Positions 63,863-64,000 of a stretch of 64,000 bases of DNA are shown one piece after another. Position 1 is the first letter of the stretch, and each line of letters begins with the position of its first letter. The position numbers were made by a program, and so were the translations under genes. The stretch comes from Thermodesulfovibrionales bacterium (lineage in GTDB: Bacteria > Nitrospirota > Thermodesulfovibrionia > Thermodesulfovibrionales > SM23-35), in assembly GCA_963715195.1 (NCBI GenBank), contig CAVQRT010000031.1:128001-192000 (forward strand), given 5' to 3'. The notes under the pieces were generated by a model. The model was not told the origin of the DNA, ran no database searches, and saw nothing but the letters and a program-made list of their open reading frames with translations.

Positions 63863-64000
63863 TTGCAACCGAAGAGATTTCAGAGAAGAAAATTTTGCAG
63901 GTTCTGTTCAGAAAAAGTTGAGTTCATTGATTACAAAAATATCAAGGTCCTCAGAAATTATCTGACCGAGAGGGGAAAGGTGCTTCCCAGGAGGATGACC
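63863..64000 (+). CDS. rpsR: 30S ribosomal protein S18 (3' truncated by window edge)
   Basis: Manual translation [26 protein letters not shown]...[12 protein letters not shown]. Confidence 0.95.
   Translation, partial: MQPKRFQRRKFCRFCSEKVEFIDYKNIKVLRNYLTERGKVLPRRMT

Overview
Mostly core-genome bacterial sequence. Gene content and order suggest Nitrospirota, Thermodesulfovibrionia-like (inference). It holds the S10/spc/alpha ribosomal superoperon (1-13251), galE, an AsmA + DUF1318 pair, tpx, sod, an ABC efflux cassette, nth-apgM-hom-lipA, tig-clpP-clpX, infB-rbfA-DHH, dnaJ-hspR-clpB, truA, hisS-divIVA-yggT-proC-yggS, ntrYX, hisI, oxoacid oxidoreductase beta/gamma, ppx and rpsF-ssb-rpsR. The standout is a gene missed by the ORF track at 15463-15864 (+). 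It reads as a 133-aa protein: a signal peptide resembling the SbtA/selenobiotic RiPP leader, an in-frame TGA at codon 37 followed by a SECIS-like hairpin, a flexible linker, and a monoheme c-type cytochrome domain (CNTCH) with a TsdA/SoxA-like distal Cys. It has its own promoter, RBS and 3' hairpin, so it is a candidate selenocysteine-containing cytochrome c / RiPP-leader fusion. Other observations: secY broken by about four clustered indels (probably sequencing error), no rpmD or adk in the spc operon, a RAYT-like transposase remnant, REP-like palindromes and heptamer arrays in spacers, a HAIR-like operator over the dnaJ promoter, an archaeal-type aminotransferase, duplicated atypical receiver domains and a CTG-initiated gamma subunit. 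All calls come from reading the sequence and recalling protein families; no searches were run.
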